Of a stretch of DNA of 63,530 nucleotides, positions 19,276 through 29,483 are shown piece by piece. The DNA is from Caldisericota bacterium. GTDB taxonomy: Bacteria; Caldisericota; Caldisericia; Caldisericales; Caldisericaceae. Numbering within the stretch: the stretch's first letter is position 1; the number at the start of each line of letters is the position of its first letter. Location: contig QMOQ01000001.1 of assembly GCA_003650285.1 (NCBI GenBank), positions 1 to 63,530 of the forward strand, written 5' to 3'. The notes under the pieces were generated by a model, which had not been told where the DNA came from, did not search any database, and worked only from the letters and a program-made list of their open reading frames with translations. A program made the position numbers and the translations under genes.

Positions 19276-20638
19276 TACTTTTTTTCCTCCTCTTTGCCCA
19301 TTCTTTTTTATTTATTTGTTTAGCTCTCCCAATAGCAAGCGCATCCTCGGGAACTTCTTCTGTAATCACAGATCCAGCTGCTGTATATGCACCTTTCCCT
19401 ATTTTTACAGGCGCTACAAGTGTATTGTGAGAACCAATAAATACATCTTCTTCTATAAATGTGGGTTTCTTCTTACTTTGAAGCCCATTATAATTGCAAG
19501 TGATTGTTCCTGCCCCAATGTTCACATTTTTCCCAACTTTTGTATCGCCAATATAACTTAAATGTGGAACTTTTGTATTTTCCCCAAACTGAGATTTCTT
19601 TACCTCAACAAAAGTACCTATCTTAACATTCTTGCTCATTTTGCTATCAGGCCGCACATAAGCAAATGGTCCTATTTTGCAATTATCTCCCATATTAGCC
19701 TGTCTTACTACACTATATTGCACATTCACATGATTTTTAATAACAGAGTCAACAATACGCGTATTTGGTCCGATCACGCAATCTTTCCCTATAGTTGTTT
19801 TCCCTTGGATTAACACCCCGGGAAGAATTGTCACGTCATTCTCTATTTTTACATCAAAATCAATACATATAGTATCCGTATTTATAATTGTAACACCTGC
19901 AAGCATTAATTTATCAAGTATCTCTCCTTGAATAATCTTTGTTGCAATAGAAAGTTCTTTTCTATTGTTAACGCCATACACGGGAAATTTCCTTTTCAAC
20001 TTTTTTACACTTACTTTTACGCCTTTTTTTTTCAATATTGTAAGTGCGTCCGTCAAATAATACTCTTTTTGTAAATTATTGGGAGTAATTTCGTTAATTG
20101 CGTCAGTAAGATACTTTTTTGCAAATACATATATTCCTGTATTGATCTCGTTTATTTTTTTTTCTTCCTCTGTTGCGTCTTTTTCTTCAACGATCTTAAC
20201 AAAATCAGTCTTACACCTGACTATTCTGCCAAAACCAATCGGATTATCAGATAAAGCAGTAAGCAACGCTACACCACTCTTAGTGTCTTTATAAAAAGCA
20301 AGAAGTTCTTCAAGATCAGAGGATTTTATCAAAGGATTATCTCCTGTGACAATAAGCACTGGTGTCTCATCTGGAATATTACAAGATGCAGTAAGTGCTT
20401 GCTTAACTGCATCTCCTGTCCCGAGAGGGACTTTTTGGTAAACCAGTTCAACATTAGAAAAAACAGTTTTATCTATTTTTTCGGAAATTACTACAATAAC
20501 TTTATCAGATACCCCCCTTGCAGCATCTATCACGTATTGCACCATAGGTCGCCCGCAAATTGGGTGCATCACTTTCGGAAGAGATGAATGCATCCTCTTT
20601 CCTACTCCAGCAGCTAAAACAATACATACATTTTTCAT
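19268..20638 (-). CDS. glmU: Bifunctional UDP-N-acetylglucosamine pyrophosphorylase / glucosamine-1-phosphate N-acetyltransferase
   Basis: The LAAGVGKRM motif is present. The C-terminus is a left-handed beta-helix hexapeptide repeat region. Confidence 0.95.
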   Translation of the reverse strand: MKNVCIVLAAGVGKRMHSSLPKVMHPICGRPMVQYVIDAARGVSDKVIVVISEKIDKTVFSNVELVYQKVPLGTGDAVKQALTASCNIPDETPVLIVTGDNPLIKSSDLEELLAFYKDTKSGVALLTALSDNPIGFGRIVRCKTDFVKIVEEKDATEEEKKINEINTGIYVFAKKYLTDAINEITPNNLQKEYYLTDALTILKKKGVKVSVKKLKRKFPVYGVNNRKELSIATKIIQGEILDKLMLAGVTIINTDTICIDFDVKIENDVTILPGVLIQGKTTIGKDCVIGPNTRIVDSVIKNHVNVQYSVVRQANMGDNCKIGPFAYVRPDSKMSKNVKIGTFVEVKKSQFGENTKVPHLSYIGDTKVGKNVNIGAGTITCNYNGLQSKKKPTFIEEDVFIGSHNTLVAPVKIGKGAYTAAGSVITEEVPEDALAIGRAKQINKKEWAKRRKKSNG

Positions 20639-20789
20639 CGTTCACAACTCCTTATTATCAAGCCATAAATCTTATTTGAACAACAAAACCATCTCACTTT
20701 CATATTTTTCACACTCAACATCATTTTCTCTTTCGTATCAATAATACAAACAATACTCTTTGCCTAACGAGACAGGTTATGGCAACAAT

Positions 20790-22022
20790 TTAGCAAGTTT
20801 CTTTGTATTTACGCAACACTCCAAGCGCGTAATCTATATCACTCTCAGTATGATCAGCACAGATCTGGAATCGTATCTCTTGATTTCCTTTTGGAACTAC
20901 AGGAAAATTAAGACCAGTTGCTAAAATACCGTTATCTGTTAAATATCCAACAAGCTCTGTAGTCTTCTCTGTATCCCTCACCATAAGAGGCACAACAGGG
21001 TGCTCTCCTTTTATTACCTCATATCCCATATCTATTAAGCCGGATTCAAACCGTGCTGTCATGACATGCAGATGCTTTAGCATCGCCCTTCCCTTATCGC
21101 TATCCAATATCTCTAATGAAGCAAGCGCCGCACTTGCTTCTGGTGGAGTAATAGGATTAGAGTAAATATAAAATGGAGCAGTTTCACGTAAAAACCCTAT
21201 TACTTCTGCACTGCTTACCACGTATCCACCATTTACTCCGAGAGCTTTGCCAAGGGTCGCAATTAACACATCAATCCTATCTTCATGTGTATATTCCGTT
21301 GTTCCTCTACCTGTTTCTCCAATAGCACCGACACCGTGTGAATCATCAACAAATGTAAGAACCCCTTCTTCGAAACTAGAATTGTATTTTTCAGCTAAAT
21401 CTGCTATTTCTTTAAGCTGAGCATGATCACCCCTCATACTAAAGATACCATCAGTTACAATTATAACCCGTTTGCAATTACCAACTGAGCTCTCTAAAAC
21501 TGACGCCAGGCCATCCATATCATTGTGCTTATAGATCTTTTTATCACGTGGTCTGGATAATTTTATACCGTTAATAATACAATTGTGATTCAATTCATCG
21601 CTTATTATAATAGTATTTTGCGTAATCATAGGTGCTAAAATACCTACCATTGCCGAATATGCAGAACTAAAGATCATGGCTGCTTCTCTATTATGGAATT
21701 CAGCAAGTTTTTTCTCCAGCGCTATATGAGAAGTATAGGTACCACTTATAAATCTTACAGCACCAGGTCCAGCCCCAAATTCCTTTGCAGCTTTTTCCTC
21801 AGCTTCTATTACTTCTTTTTTTAAAGACATTCCAAGATAGTTATTCGCATTCATCCGCAAAAATTCTTTTTCACCATAACCTTTTATAAAATATCTAGGA
21901 CCCTTGTCACCTTGTGCTGGTTTTATACCAGCTATCACCGTTTCATTACCTTTAAGCACTCCCTTATCTTGCAGTTCTTTTAAATAAGTTGATAACGTCT
22001 CTTTAATTTTACTAAGTGGCAT
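20790..22022 (-). CDS. kbl: Glycine C-acetyltransferase (2-amino-3-ketobutyrate CoA ligase)
   Basis: It belongs to the alpha-oxoamine synthase family (DDSHGVG, TLGKALG PLP-lysine). It is paired with the threonine dehydrogenase gene. Confidence 0.85.
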   Translation of the reverse strand: MPLSKIKETLSTYLKELQDKGVLKGNETVIAGIKPAQGDKGPRYFIKGYGEKEFLRMNANNYLGMSLKKEVIEAEEKAAKEFGAGPGAVRFISGTYTSHIALEKKLAEFHNREAAMIFSSAYSAMVGILAPMITQNTIIISDELNHNCIINGIKLSRPRDKKIYKHNDMDGLASVLESSVGNCKRVIIVTDGIFSMRGDHAQLKEIADLAEKYNSSFEEGVLTFVDDSHGVGAIGETGRGTTEYTHEDRIDVLIATLGKALGVNGGYVVSSAEVIGFLRETAPFYIYSNPITPPEASAALASLEILDSDKGRAMLKHLHVMTARFESGLIDMGYEVIKGEHPVVPLMVRDTEKTTELVGYLTDNGILATGLNFPVVPKGNQEIRFQICADHTESDIDYALGVLRKYKETC

Positions 22023-22040
22023 TATTCCACCTCCCTGATG

Positions 22041-23009
22041 TTATATTTTAATTGCTAACTTATTGGACAGTTTATCAAGCATATCTTTTGTCATAGAAGC
22101 AAGATTATATTCTGGTTTCCATCCCCACTCTTCTTTAGCAGCACTGTCGTCCATTTTGTTGGGCCAAGAATCAGCAATTGCCTGCCTCATCGGGTCAATG
22201 TCATATTCCATAACAAAATCCGGGATATATTTTTTAATTTCATTTGCAATATCCTTAGGAGCAAAACTCATTGCCGTCACATTAAAGGCATTTCTATGCA
22301 CTAATTTCTTAGGATCTGCCCCCATAATATTAATTGCTGCTTTTATCGTATCTGGCATATACATCATATCCATATATGTATCGGGTTTCAAATAACACGT
22401 ATACCTTCTATGTCTAAGAGCTTCATAAAAGATTTCAACAGAATAATCAGTGGTTCCCCCACCGGGTAATGTTATATAAGAAATAATACCGGGAAAACGC
22501 ACTCCACGAGTATCCACTCCAAATTTTTTAAAATAATAATCACAAAGTAATTCTCCTGCAACCTTGGTAACACCATACATTGTATTGGGGCGCTGAATTG
22601 TATCTTGAGGCGTGTTATCTTTTGGTGTATTGGGACCAAATGCGCCAATGGAACTAGGAGTAAAAACAGCACATCTATGCTCACGCGCAACATCTAAAAC
22701 ATTGCAAAGTCCATTAATATTTACATTCCAGGCAAGTTTCGGCTTGGCTTCTGCCACTGCAGAAAGTATCGCTGCCAAATGATAAATAGTATCTATTTTG
22801 TGCTTTTTTACAACTTCCTCAATCGTACCAATTTCTGCACAATCAATAATTTCAAATGGCCCAGAATTAAGCAACTCTTCACTAGGTTTTCTTTTATGCC
22901 CTGCTGCTACTACATTTTCATTAGCATATTTTTCACGCAGTGCTAATGTAAGCTCGGAACCAATTTGGCCCGTTGCTCCTGTCACTAAAATCTTCCGCAT
23001 AAATGCCAT
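22041..23009 (-). CDS. tdh: L-threonine 3-dehydrogenase (extended SDR / epimerase-like type)
   Basis: The ILVTGATGQIGSEL Rossmann motif is present. It lies adjacent to kbl. I prefer ATG 23009, which follows a GGAGG SD. Confidence 0.8.
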   Translation of the reverse strand: MAFMRKILVTGATGQIGSELTLALREKYANENVVAAGHKRKPSEELLNSGPFEIIDCAEIGTIEEVVKKHKIDTIYHLAAILSAVAEAKPKLAWNVNINGLCNVLDVAREHRCAVFTPSSIGAFGPNTPKDNTPQDTIQRPNTMYGVTKVAGELLCDYYFKKFGVDTRGVRFPGIISYITLPGGGTTDYSVEIFYEALRHRRYTCYLKPDTYMDMMYMPDTIKAAINIMGADPKKLVHRNAFNVTAMSFAPKDIANEIKKYIPDFVMEYDIDPMRQAIADSWPNKMDDSAAKEEWGWKPEYNLASMTKDMLDKLSNKLAIKI

Positions 23010-23106
23010 AGTACCTCCTCTTTTAATCACTATCAAAATAGGATTAAACTTATTATTTCCTAATACACCATTTTCTTAAAGATTGTAATCCTTACTAAAT
23101 ACGTTT

Positions 23107-23883
23107 CTAATCTCCCGATGTAGGAGCTTTACTGCAAGAACAATGCCTCTCGCCAGGAATATTTATTACTACTTCACTTAAAACATTGCGGAACATTTTG
23201 TTCATTTCTCCCATTTTTTCTACCACTTCCTTATGAGAAATCATATGATCAGAAATACCTGCTGCAAAATTTGCTACAGCAGCAATCGTAGCATAACACA
23301 TACCTAATTCTCTTGCCAGTACTACTTCAGGAACACCAGTCATTCCAACCACATCCCCGCCTAAAATACTGTAAGCTTGTATTTCTGCTCTTGTTTCAAA
23401 TCTTGGACCTTCTACAGATACATATGTACCTTTTTTGGAATAAGGATAGTCAAATTTCTCCATTGCTTTTTGGATAGCCATGGCTAATTCAGGACAATAT
23501 GGATCTGTGCAATCTGTATGCACTACCTTATCTTGAGAAAAAAAAGTATCTTCTCGTTTTTTTGTAAAATCAAGAAATTGATCAACAATAACAAACGTAC
23601 CAGGCAAAATCTCCCTGTTAATTGAACCTACGGCAGCAGTTGCAATAATACGTTCTACACCCAACTTATATAAAGAAAAAATATTGGCTCTGTAGTTTAT
23701 TTTATGAGGCGGTACAGTATGTCCTGTGCCGTGGCGAGTTTCAAAAAACACATTTCTTCCTTCTAATTCTCCTTGTATAAGATTCACAGTGCCAAATTCA
23801 GTTTTTACAGCTATTGGCTCTGCATTTTGTAAAAAGTCTGGCGTATAAACACCAGTACCTCCAATAATGCCGATACTTTTCAT
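23107..23883 (-). CDS. mtnP: S-methyl-5'-thioadenosine phosphorylase (PNP/MTAP family)
   Basis: The GIIGGTG N-terminus and the MTAP-type Cys-rich C-terminus (HCSCSKA) are present. ATG 23883 lies 5 nt after GGAGG. Confidence 0.8.
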   Translation of the reverse strand: MKSIGIIGGTGVYTPDFLQNAEPIAVKTEFGTVNLIQGELEGRNVFFETRHGTGHTVPPHKINYRANIFSLYKLGVERIIATAAVGSINREILPGTFVIVDQFLDFTKKREDTFFSQDKVVHTDCTDPYCPELAMAIQKAMEKFDYPYSKKGTYVSVEGPRFETRAEIQAYSILGGDVVGMTGVPEVVLARELGMCYATIAAVANFAAGISDHMISHKEVVEKMGEMNKMFRNVLSEVVINIPGERHCSCSKAPTSGD

Positions 23884-23926
23884 GTTTACCTCCATATCAT
23901 TTTAACATTTTTCAAGAATTTTTCTA

Positions 23927-23954
23927 TTGCTTTTTAAAACTTTGTATCTATAAT
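23927..23954 (+). promoter_or_regulatory. Promoter for tRNA-Ala
   Basis: TTGCTT (23927-23932), 16-nt spacer, TATAAT (23949-23954). The -10 hexamer ends 8 nt before the mature tRNA 5' end. Confidence 0.5.
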
Positions 23955-23962
23955 TATTTGAC

Positions 23963-24037
23963 GGGGCAGTAGTTCAGCGGGAGAACGCATCCCTCGCACG
24001 GATGAGGTCAGGGGTTCAAATCCCCTCTGCTCCACCA
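23963..24037 (+). tRNA. tRNA-Ala (anticodon CGC), with encoded CCA
   Basis: Hand-folded cloverleaf. Acceptor stem GGGGCAG/CTGCTCC includes G3:U70. D arm is GTTC-AGCGGGA-GAAC. Anticodon arm is CATCC-CTCGCAC-GGATG. T arm is AGGGG-TTCAAAT-CCCCT. Discriminator is A, followed by CCA. Confidence 0.9.
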
Positions 24038-24474
24038 AGTTTTTTCAAAATAAAAGTAACCGGTCCATTATTAACAAGATTTACTTCCATATATGCGCCA
24101 AAAATCCCAGTCTTAACAGTCTTAACCTGCTTTTTTATCTCTTCCACAAATAATTTATAAAGCGAAATTGCCAAATCCTCTCCCGCTGCATTGCTAAAAC
24201 CAGGCCGATTGCCCTTCTTAATGTAAGAGGTAAGTGTAAATTGCGAGATAATCATAATTTCACCATTTATATCCTTTACAGAAAGATTCATTTTTCCATG
24301 TTCGTCAGGAAAAATTCGCAGTCCACAAACTTTTTTTGCAAGATATTTTGCTTCTCTCTCTGTATCTCTCTTTTCCACGCCAATTAAAATGAGCAATCCA
24401 TTGCCAATTGTTGAAACTATCTCACCGTCAATACTAACTGACGCTCTCTTCACTCTCTGAAGAACTATCCTCAT
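24016..24474 (-). CDS. dtd: D-aminoacyl-tRNA deacylase
   Basis: 152 aa. The Dtd motifs are present (MRIVLQRV, SQFTL, NNGPVT). It sits in the conserved rel-dtd order. The last 7 codons and the stop lie inside the convergent tRNA gene. Confidence 0.9.
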   Translation of the reverse strand: MRIVLQRVKRASVSIDGEIVSTIGNGLLILIGVEKRDTEREAKYLAKKVCGLRIFPDEHGKMNLSVKDINGEIMIISQFTLTSYIKKGNRPGFSNAAGEDLAISLYKLFVEEIKKQVKTVKTGIFGAYMEVNLVNNGPVTFILKKLGGAEGI

Positions 24475-26497
24475 ATATTCTCCTTTTACCCCACCGCACC
24501 GTTATTACTTCAGGAATAAGCTTAATTTCCCTCGCAATATCCGTTATAAGAGAATGCTTCTCAGCAACAAAAGAAAAACGTAAATATGATTGGTAATACC
24601 CGTGTTTCCTTTTTTCTGTTCTATTTGATGTACGAAAGTTTTCTATATTCACATTCATTTCACTTGTAACTCTTGATATTCTATAAATAATACCTGGCAC
24701 ATTCCAAACAGTTATTCTAAAATATACCAAAAATTTTGCCTTCCCTTTTGCTTCCCAAACAGCAGGCAACACTTTCCCACCACTGCTTATAATCGCTACT
24801 AAATTCGGGCAATCCTTCTTATGAATTTTTATTCCCCTTCCTCTCGTTACATAACCTATAATTGGATCCTGTGGTTCCGGATTACAACATCTTGCAATAG
24901 ATATCTTTATTCCTTTAACACCGGGGACAGCAGGATAATAAACTGTTTCTTCCTTCTGAAAGATGCGCGGAGTAGCTCTGCGTACATAAGATCTTTTGAC
25001 TTCTTTCTTCTCCTGTTGTTCTTCCTTTTTCTCGCTTTTTTCTTCCGGCGTCTCTCGCAGTTTTCTGAGCCAATACCTAATTTTTGAACGTGCAGAAGAA
25101 GTTCTTACAAATTGTAACCAGTCAAGTTTTGGTCCAATTGAAGACTTTGACGTAAGAATTTCTACACGGTCTCCTGTCTTTAGCTCTGTCGGCAAAGGAA
25201 CAATAGCGCCATTTATTTTAGCTCCAACACAATAATTTCCAATATCCGTGTGTACTCTGTATGCAAAATCAATAGGAGTAGCCCCCACTGGAAGATCAAT
25301 AACATCGCCTTTTGGCGTAAAAACAAGCACCTCTTCGCTAAATAAATCTCCTTTTACCATTTCTACAAATTCTTTTGTAGACCGAACTTCTTTTTGCCAA
25401 TCAACAATCTGACGAAGCCACATCAACTTACTCTCATAATTCTTATCAAGCTGAATGCCTTCTTTATATTTCCAATGTGCTGCTATGCCAATTTCATCAT
25501 GCTTATGCATTTCTCTTGTTCTAATTTGAACTTCGAGTGGCTCACCAGATTTTGTGATAACCGTTGTATGGAGAGATCGATAACCATTGGGCTTCGGCAT
25601 CGCTATATAATCCTTCACTCTCCCGGGAATTGGTTTATATGAATTATGAAGAATGCCTAATACTTGATAGCACTCAGGGACAGATAACACAATGATTCGT
25701 ACGGCGACAAGGTCATAAATTTCATTAAACTCTTTTTCCTCCCTCATCATCTTTCTGTATATACTATAAAGATTTTTTGGCCGCCCAGAAATCTCTGCTT
25801 TTATACTTTGTCCATTCAGTAAATCCTTGATTTCCTTCACAATATCACTGACAAATTTTTCTCTCTCATCTCTTTTGCTTGAAACCTTTTTTGCAAGCTC
25901 ATAGTATTCATCCTGCTTGAGATATCTAAAACTTAAATCTTCTAATTCCCACTTTACTTTGTAAATACCCAGCCTGTGTGCCAGTGGAACATAAATATCC
26001 ATTGTATCCATTGCAATCTGTTTTTGCCGATCAGGAGGAAGAAAAAATAGAGTTCTCATATTATGCAATCGGTCTGCCAGCTTTATAATGACAACTCTTA
26101 CATCTGAAGCCATTGAAAGAAGCATTTTGCGAAGATTTTCAAGCTTTGTTTCTTCGGAAGAAAAATGATCCATGTATTCTAATTTTGTAACACCATCAAC
26201 AAGAAAAGCAATATTTTCTCCAAACTCTTTTTTAATTTTGTCCAGAGTAACGGATGTATCTTCAACAACATCATGAAGAAGTGCTGCAGCATAACTTTCT
26301 GCGTCAAGCCGCATTTCAGCAAGAATAAGCGCAACATGGAGCGGGTGGATAATATATTTATCTCCAGATTCTCTTGCTTGCTCGCCGTGCGCTTTTTTTG
26401 CGAATTCGTAAGCCCTTTTAACCAAAGAAATCTCCTCATCGCCAAGATAAGAAGAGATTTCTTTCAGCAATTTTTCAAATAATGTTTGCTCGTTCAA
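24434..26497 (-). CDS. rel: Bifunctional (p)ppGpp synthetase/hydrolase (RelA/SpoT homologue)
   Basis: HD hydrolase (HPLHVA...HDVVED), the RelA_SpoT synthetase domain, TGS and ACT-like regions are all present. The TTG start lies 1 nt after the apt stop. Confidence 0.95.
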   Translation of the reverse strand: MNEQTLFEKLLKEISSYLGDEEISLVKRAYEFAKKAHGEQARESGDKYIIHPLHVALILAEMRLDAESYAAALLHDVVEDTSVTLDKIKKEFGENIAFLVDGVTKLEYMDHFSSEETKLENLRKMLLSMASDVRVVIIKLADRLHNMRTLFFLPPDRQKQIAMDTMDIYVPLAHRLGIYKVKWELEDLSFRYLKQDEYYELAKKVSSKRDEREKFVSDIVKEIKDLLNGQSIKAEISGRPKNLYSIYRKMMREEKEFNEIYDLVAVRIIVLSVPECYQVLGILHNSYKPIPGRVKDYIAMPKPNGYRSLHTTVITKSGEPLEVQIRTREMHKHDEIGIAAHWKYKEGIQLDKNYESKLMWLRQIVDWQKEVRSTKEFVEMVKGDLFSEEVLVFTPKGDVIDLPVGATPIDFAYRVHTDIGNYCVGAKINGAIVPLPTELKTGDRVEILTSKSSIGPKLDWLQFVRTSSARSKIRYWLRKLRETPEEKSEKKEEQQEKKEVKRSYVRRATPRIFQKEETVYYPAVPGVKGIKISIARCCNPEPQDPIIGYVTRGRGIKIHKKDCPNLVAIISSGGKVLPAVWEAKGKAKFLVYFRITVWNVPGIIYRISRVTSEMNVNIENFRTSNRTEKRKHGYYQSYLRFSFVAEKHSLITDIAREIKLIPEVITVRWGKRRIYEDSSSESEESVS

Positions 26498-26498
26498 G

Positions 26499-27014
26499 TT
26501 AATCGAAGTTTATTAATGAAAATACAGGATATTTCTTTAACTTCTCTTCTCCTTTAAGATTTTTCAAAATAATAATAAAACCCCAACCAATAATTTTTCC
26601 ACTAGCTTCTTCGACAAGCTCACTTGCTGCAGCTGCAGTGCCTCCAGTAGCAAGCAAATCATCTATCATCAATATTCTTTCTCCCTTTTTTATGGCATCT
26701 TTATGCATCTCTAAAATAGACATACCATACTCTAATTGGTATTCCTTTCTTACTAATTCAAAAGGAAGCTTGCCTGGTTTTCTTATTGGCACAAAACCTA
26801 CACCAAGTTTAATAGCAATGGGAGCACCTATCATCAATCCCCTTGCTTCAATGCCTACCACTTTATCAATACCTTTGTCTTTAAAAAAATCTGCAACTTG
26901 TTCAATCGCATAGCCAAATGCTTTGCCATCAGAAAGTAAAGGCGTAATATCCCGAAATAGAATTCCTTTCTGCGGGAAATCTGGAATGTTCCGTATATAC
27001 TTTGTTAAATCCAT
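26499..27014 (-). CDS. apt: Adenine phosphoribosyltransferase
   Basis: 171 aa with the PRPP-binding motif (ILMIDDLLATGGT). Confidence 0.95.
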   Translation of the reverse strand: MDLTKYIRNIPDFPQKGILFRDITPLLSDGKAFGYAIEQVADFFKDKGIDKVVGIEARGLMIGAPIAIKLGVGFVPIRKPGKLPFELVRKEYQLEYGMSILEMHKDAIKKGERILMIDDLLATGGTAAAASELVEEASGKIIGWGFIIILKNLKGEEKLKKYPVFSLINFD

Positions 27015-27083
27015 TTTTACCTCCTCCCTTATTGCTACATTAAATTATATCCAAAAATGTTTACTCAGCAAAAGATAAAAAAA

Positions 27084-28136
27084 TTATCTTCGTTTCCTTT
27101 TAGATTTTTTTCCTCTCTTTTTCTTTAAAGCCTTTTTACTCAAAGAAACTTTCTGTTCCGTATGGGATTCGCTAGTAGTAGTTTCAACGCGAGATTCTAC
27201 AGAGATAACGCGCTTTTCCGTCACGCTACTTACCTTTTCCTTACCCTTGTGCCATAATACAAGAAGCGGAGAAGCAATATAAATCGAAGAGTAAGTTCCT
27301 GCAAGCAGTCCAAACATTAGTGTCATCGAAAAATCTCTCATTGTAGGCCCTGCAAAAACGACCAATGCAAAGGATGCGAAAAATGTTGTAATGGACGTAT
27401 TCATAGATCTTACCCAGACACCAGTGATACTTTTGTTAACAAGCATGGGAAAAGTTTCCTTTCCTCTAAACTTTACATTTTCTCGTACTCTATCCATCAC
27501 AACGACACTATCTTCCACGGAATATGTTATAATGGTAAGCAATGCTCCTATAAATGGAGCATTAAGTTCTATTCTGAAGATTGCAAGCAAGCCAAGGGTA
27601 ACAAAGACATCATGAAGTAAGGCAATAATGGTTGCAAGGCCAAATTTAAATGTGAATCGCATTGTAATGTAAAAAAGTATAAAGAGGAGAGCAAGAGCAA
27701 GTGAAATAAGCCCACTTTTTTTAAGTTCATTGCCAATGACCGACGCAATAGAAGTAATACCAATTTGCTCCGTGTCTACTTTAGCTATATTAACAGATAT
27801 TCCATCAATAATTCTATTTTTTACATCATTATCCAATGTCTCTGCTTTGATTTTAATAAAAATTTTGTTCCCTTGCGCTTCCTGAATAATTGCATCTTTA
27901 AACCCCTCAGAAGCAAGAATGTCACGCACTGCTCCTACGTCTGGTTTTTCCTCGCATGTAAGGGTAATTACCGTCCCTCCCATAAAATCAATGCCAAAAT
28001 TCAAGGGGGATCCAATAGTAAGCTGATTAACTACCATTGAAGTAATGCCAACTAAAATGATAGCAGCAGAAATAATTAGCCAGATCTTTGTATGCTTTAT
28101 AATATTCCAATTTGCTATTTTCTCTCTCAAGTTCAT
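27084..28136 (-). CDS. secF: Protein translocase subunit SecF (lysine/arginine-rich C-terminal tail)
   Basis: SecF TM topology follows secD. I prefer ATG 28136, which follows an AGGGGGTG SD. Confidence 0.9.
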   Translation of the reverse strand: MNLREKIANWNIIKHTKIWLIISAAIILVGITSMVVNQLTIGSPLNFGIDFMGGTVITLTCEEKPDVGAVRDILASEGFKDAIIQEAQGNKIFIKIKAETLDNDVKNRIIDGISVNIAKVDTEQIGITSIASVIGNELKKSGLISLALALLFILFYITMRFTFKFGLATIIALLHDVFVTLGLLAIFRIELNAPFIGALLTIITYSVEDSVVVMDRVRENVKFRGKETFPMLVNKSITGVWVRSMNTSITTFFASFALVVFAGPTMRDFSMTLMFGLLAGTYSSIYIASPLLVLWHKGKEKVSSVTEKRVISVESRVETTTSESHTEQKVSLSKKALKKKRGKKSKRKRR

Positions 28137-28147
28137 CTGCGCACCCC

Positions 28148-29419
28148 CTATATCCCAAACATCCACGGTTTCTTTGCCGCGGAATCCGGAATCAATAAAT
28201 TAGCAAGAGAATGGGTCACAACAACTCCGCTCAAAAAACCTACAAGAATACCTACAGAAACAGTTACGGCAAATCCTTTAATCACGCCGGAACCAAAATA
28301 AAACAACACTATTGCCCCAACAAGAACCGTCAAGTTTGAATCAAATACCGTCCTGAGCGCTTTGGCAAAACCAGCCGAAATAATAGAGCGCGTTGATTTG
28401 CCAAGCTTTAACTCTTCTTTCATCCTCTCAAATACAATAACATTAATATCTACTGCCATACCAAGTGAAAGAATTGCACCTCCTATAGCAGGTAGTGATA
28501 ATGTTGCATGTAGTAAAAAAAGTAGAGCCACCTCAACTGTCATATAAAACACAAGTGCTATGGCTGCAAGAACGCCAAGAAAACGATAGAAGAAAATCAT
28601 ATAAAGGAAAATGAGAAGTATTGCAATAATTATCGCAATTAAAGCCATTCTAACAGACTTTTGCCCAAGAGAAGGACCCACAACATCTTCCTCTATAAAA
28701 TTAAGCTTAACGGGGAGTGCACCACTTCTCAAAAGTGCCGCATCATCCGCAGCTTCTTCGGCTGTAAAGCCTCCTTCAATAATTCCTTCTCCTCCAGTAA
28801 TGGCACTCCTCACAACTGGATTCATCAGCAATTTATTATCAAGATAAATTGCAATTGTTTTGCCCACGTTCTGAGCAGTAACATCAGCAAATATCGTAGC
28901 ACCCTCACTATCTAATTTAAACTGTATGATAGGTTCACCAAGAGACTCGGGATCATTGCTAAATGCAAGATTTGCATCTTTTATATGATCGCCCGTTAGA
29001 ACAACGGTACCATCTTCAGTTTTGAATTCAAGTAGCGCAGTCTGCCCTATAAGTTCTTTGGCACGCTGTGGATCTTTCCACCCGGGAAGCTCTACATCAA
29101 TTCGCATCCAATGTGCACCCTTTTCTTGTACGACAATGGCCTCACTCAAACCAAGGTTATTTACCCTTCTCTCTAAAACACTCAGTGTACTTTCCATTTT
29201 TTCCCTTGTTACTTGTGTTTCCGGGGTGCTCTCTGCTTCTAAAACAAATTTCACACCACCCTTAAGATCTAAGCCAAACCTTGGTTTCACTGCCTGTTCC
29301 AAAGAGGTTAGTTCTTCTAATGGCTTGTTCAATGCACGAATTCCAACATAATCAATCCAGAAAGCTGTAAGGAATATAAATACAATAACAATAACAGCCA
29401 CAATTCTCTTTTTCCTCAT
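28148..29419 (-). CDS. secD: Protein translocase subunit SecD
   Basis: 423 aa. The LGLDLKGG motif, a periplasmic domain and the C-terminal 6-TM SecD/F core are present. Confidence 0.9.
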   Translation of the reverse strand: MRKKRIVAVIVIVFIFLTAFWIDYVGIRALNKPLEELTSLEQAVKPRFGLDLKGGVKFVLEAESTPETQVTREKMESTLSVLERRVNNLGLSEAIVVQEKGAHWMRIDVELPGWKDPQRAKELIGQTALLEFKTEDGTVVLTGDHIKDANLAFSNDPESLGEPIIQFKLDSEGATIFADVTAQNVGKTIAIYLDNKLLMNPVVRSAITGGEGIIEGGFTAEEAADDAALLRSGALPVKLNFIEEDVVGPSLGQKSVRMALIAIIIAILLIFLYMIFFYRFLGVLAAIALVFYMTVEVALLFLLHATLSLPAIGGAILSLGMAVDINVIVFERMKEELKLGKSTRSIISAGFAKALRTVFDSNLTVLVGAIVLFYFGSGVIKGFAVTVSVGILVGFLSGVVVTHSLANLLIPDSAAKKPWMFGI

Positions 29420-29483
29420 CCTAAATCCTCCTCATTTCATTAAATTCACAAAATTAATATAAAGAAAACTTTCCTTTTGTCAA

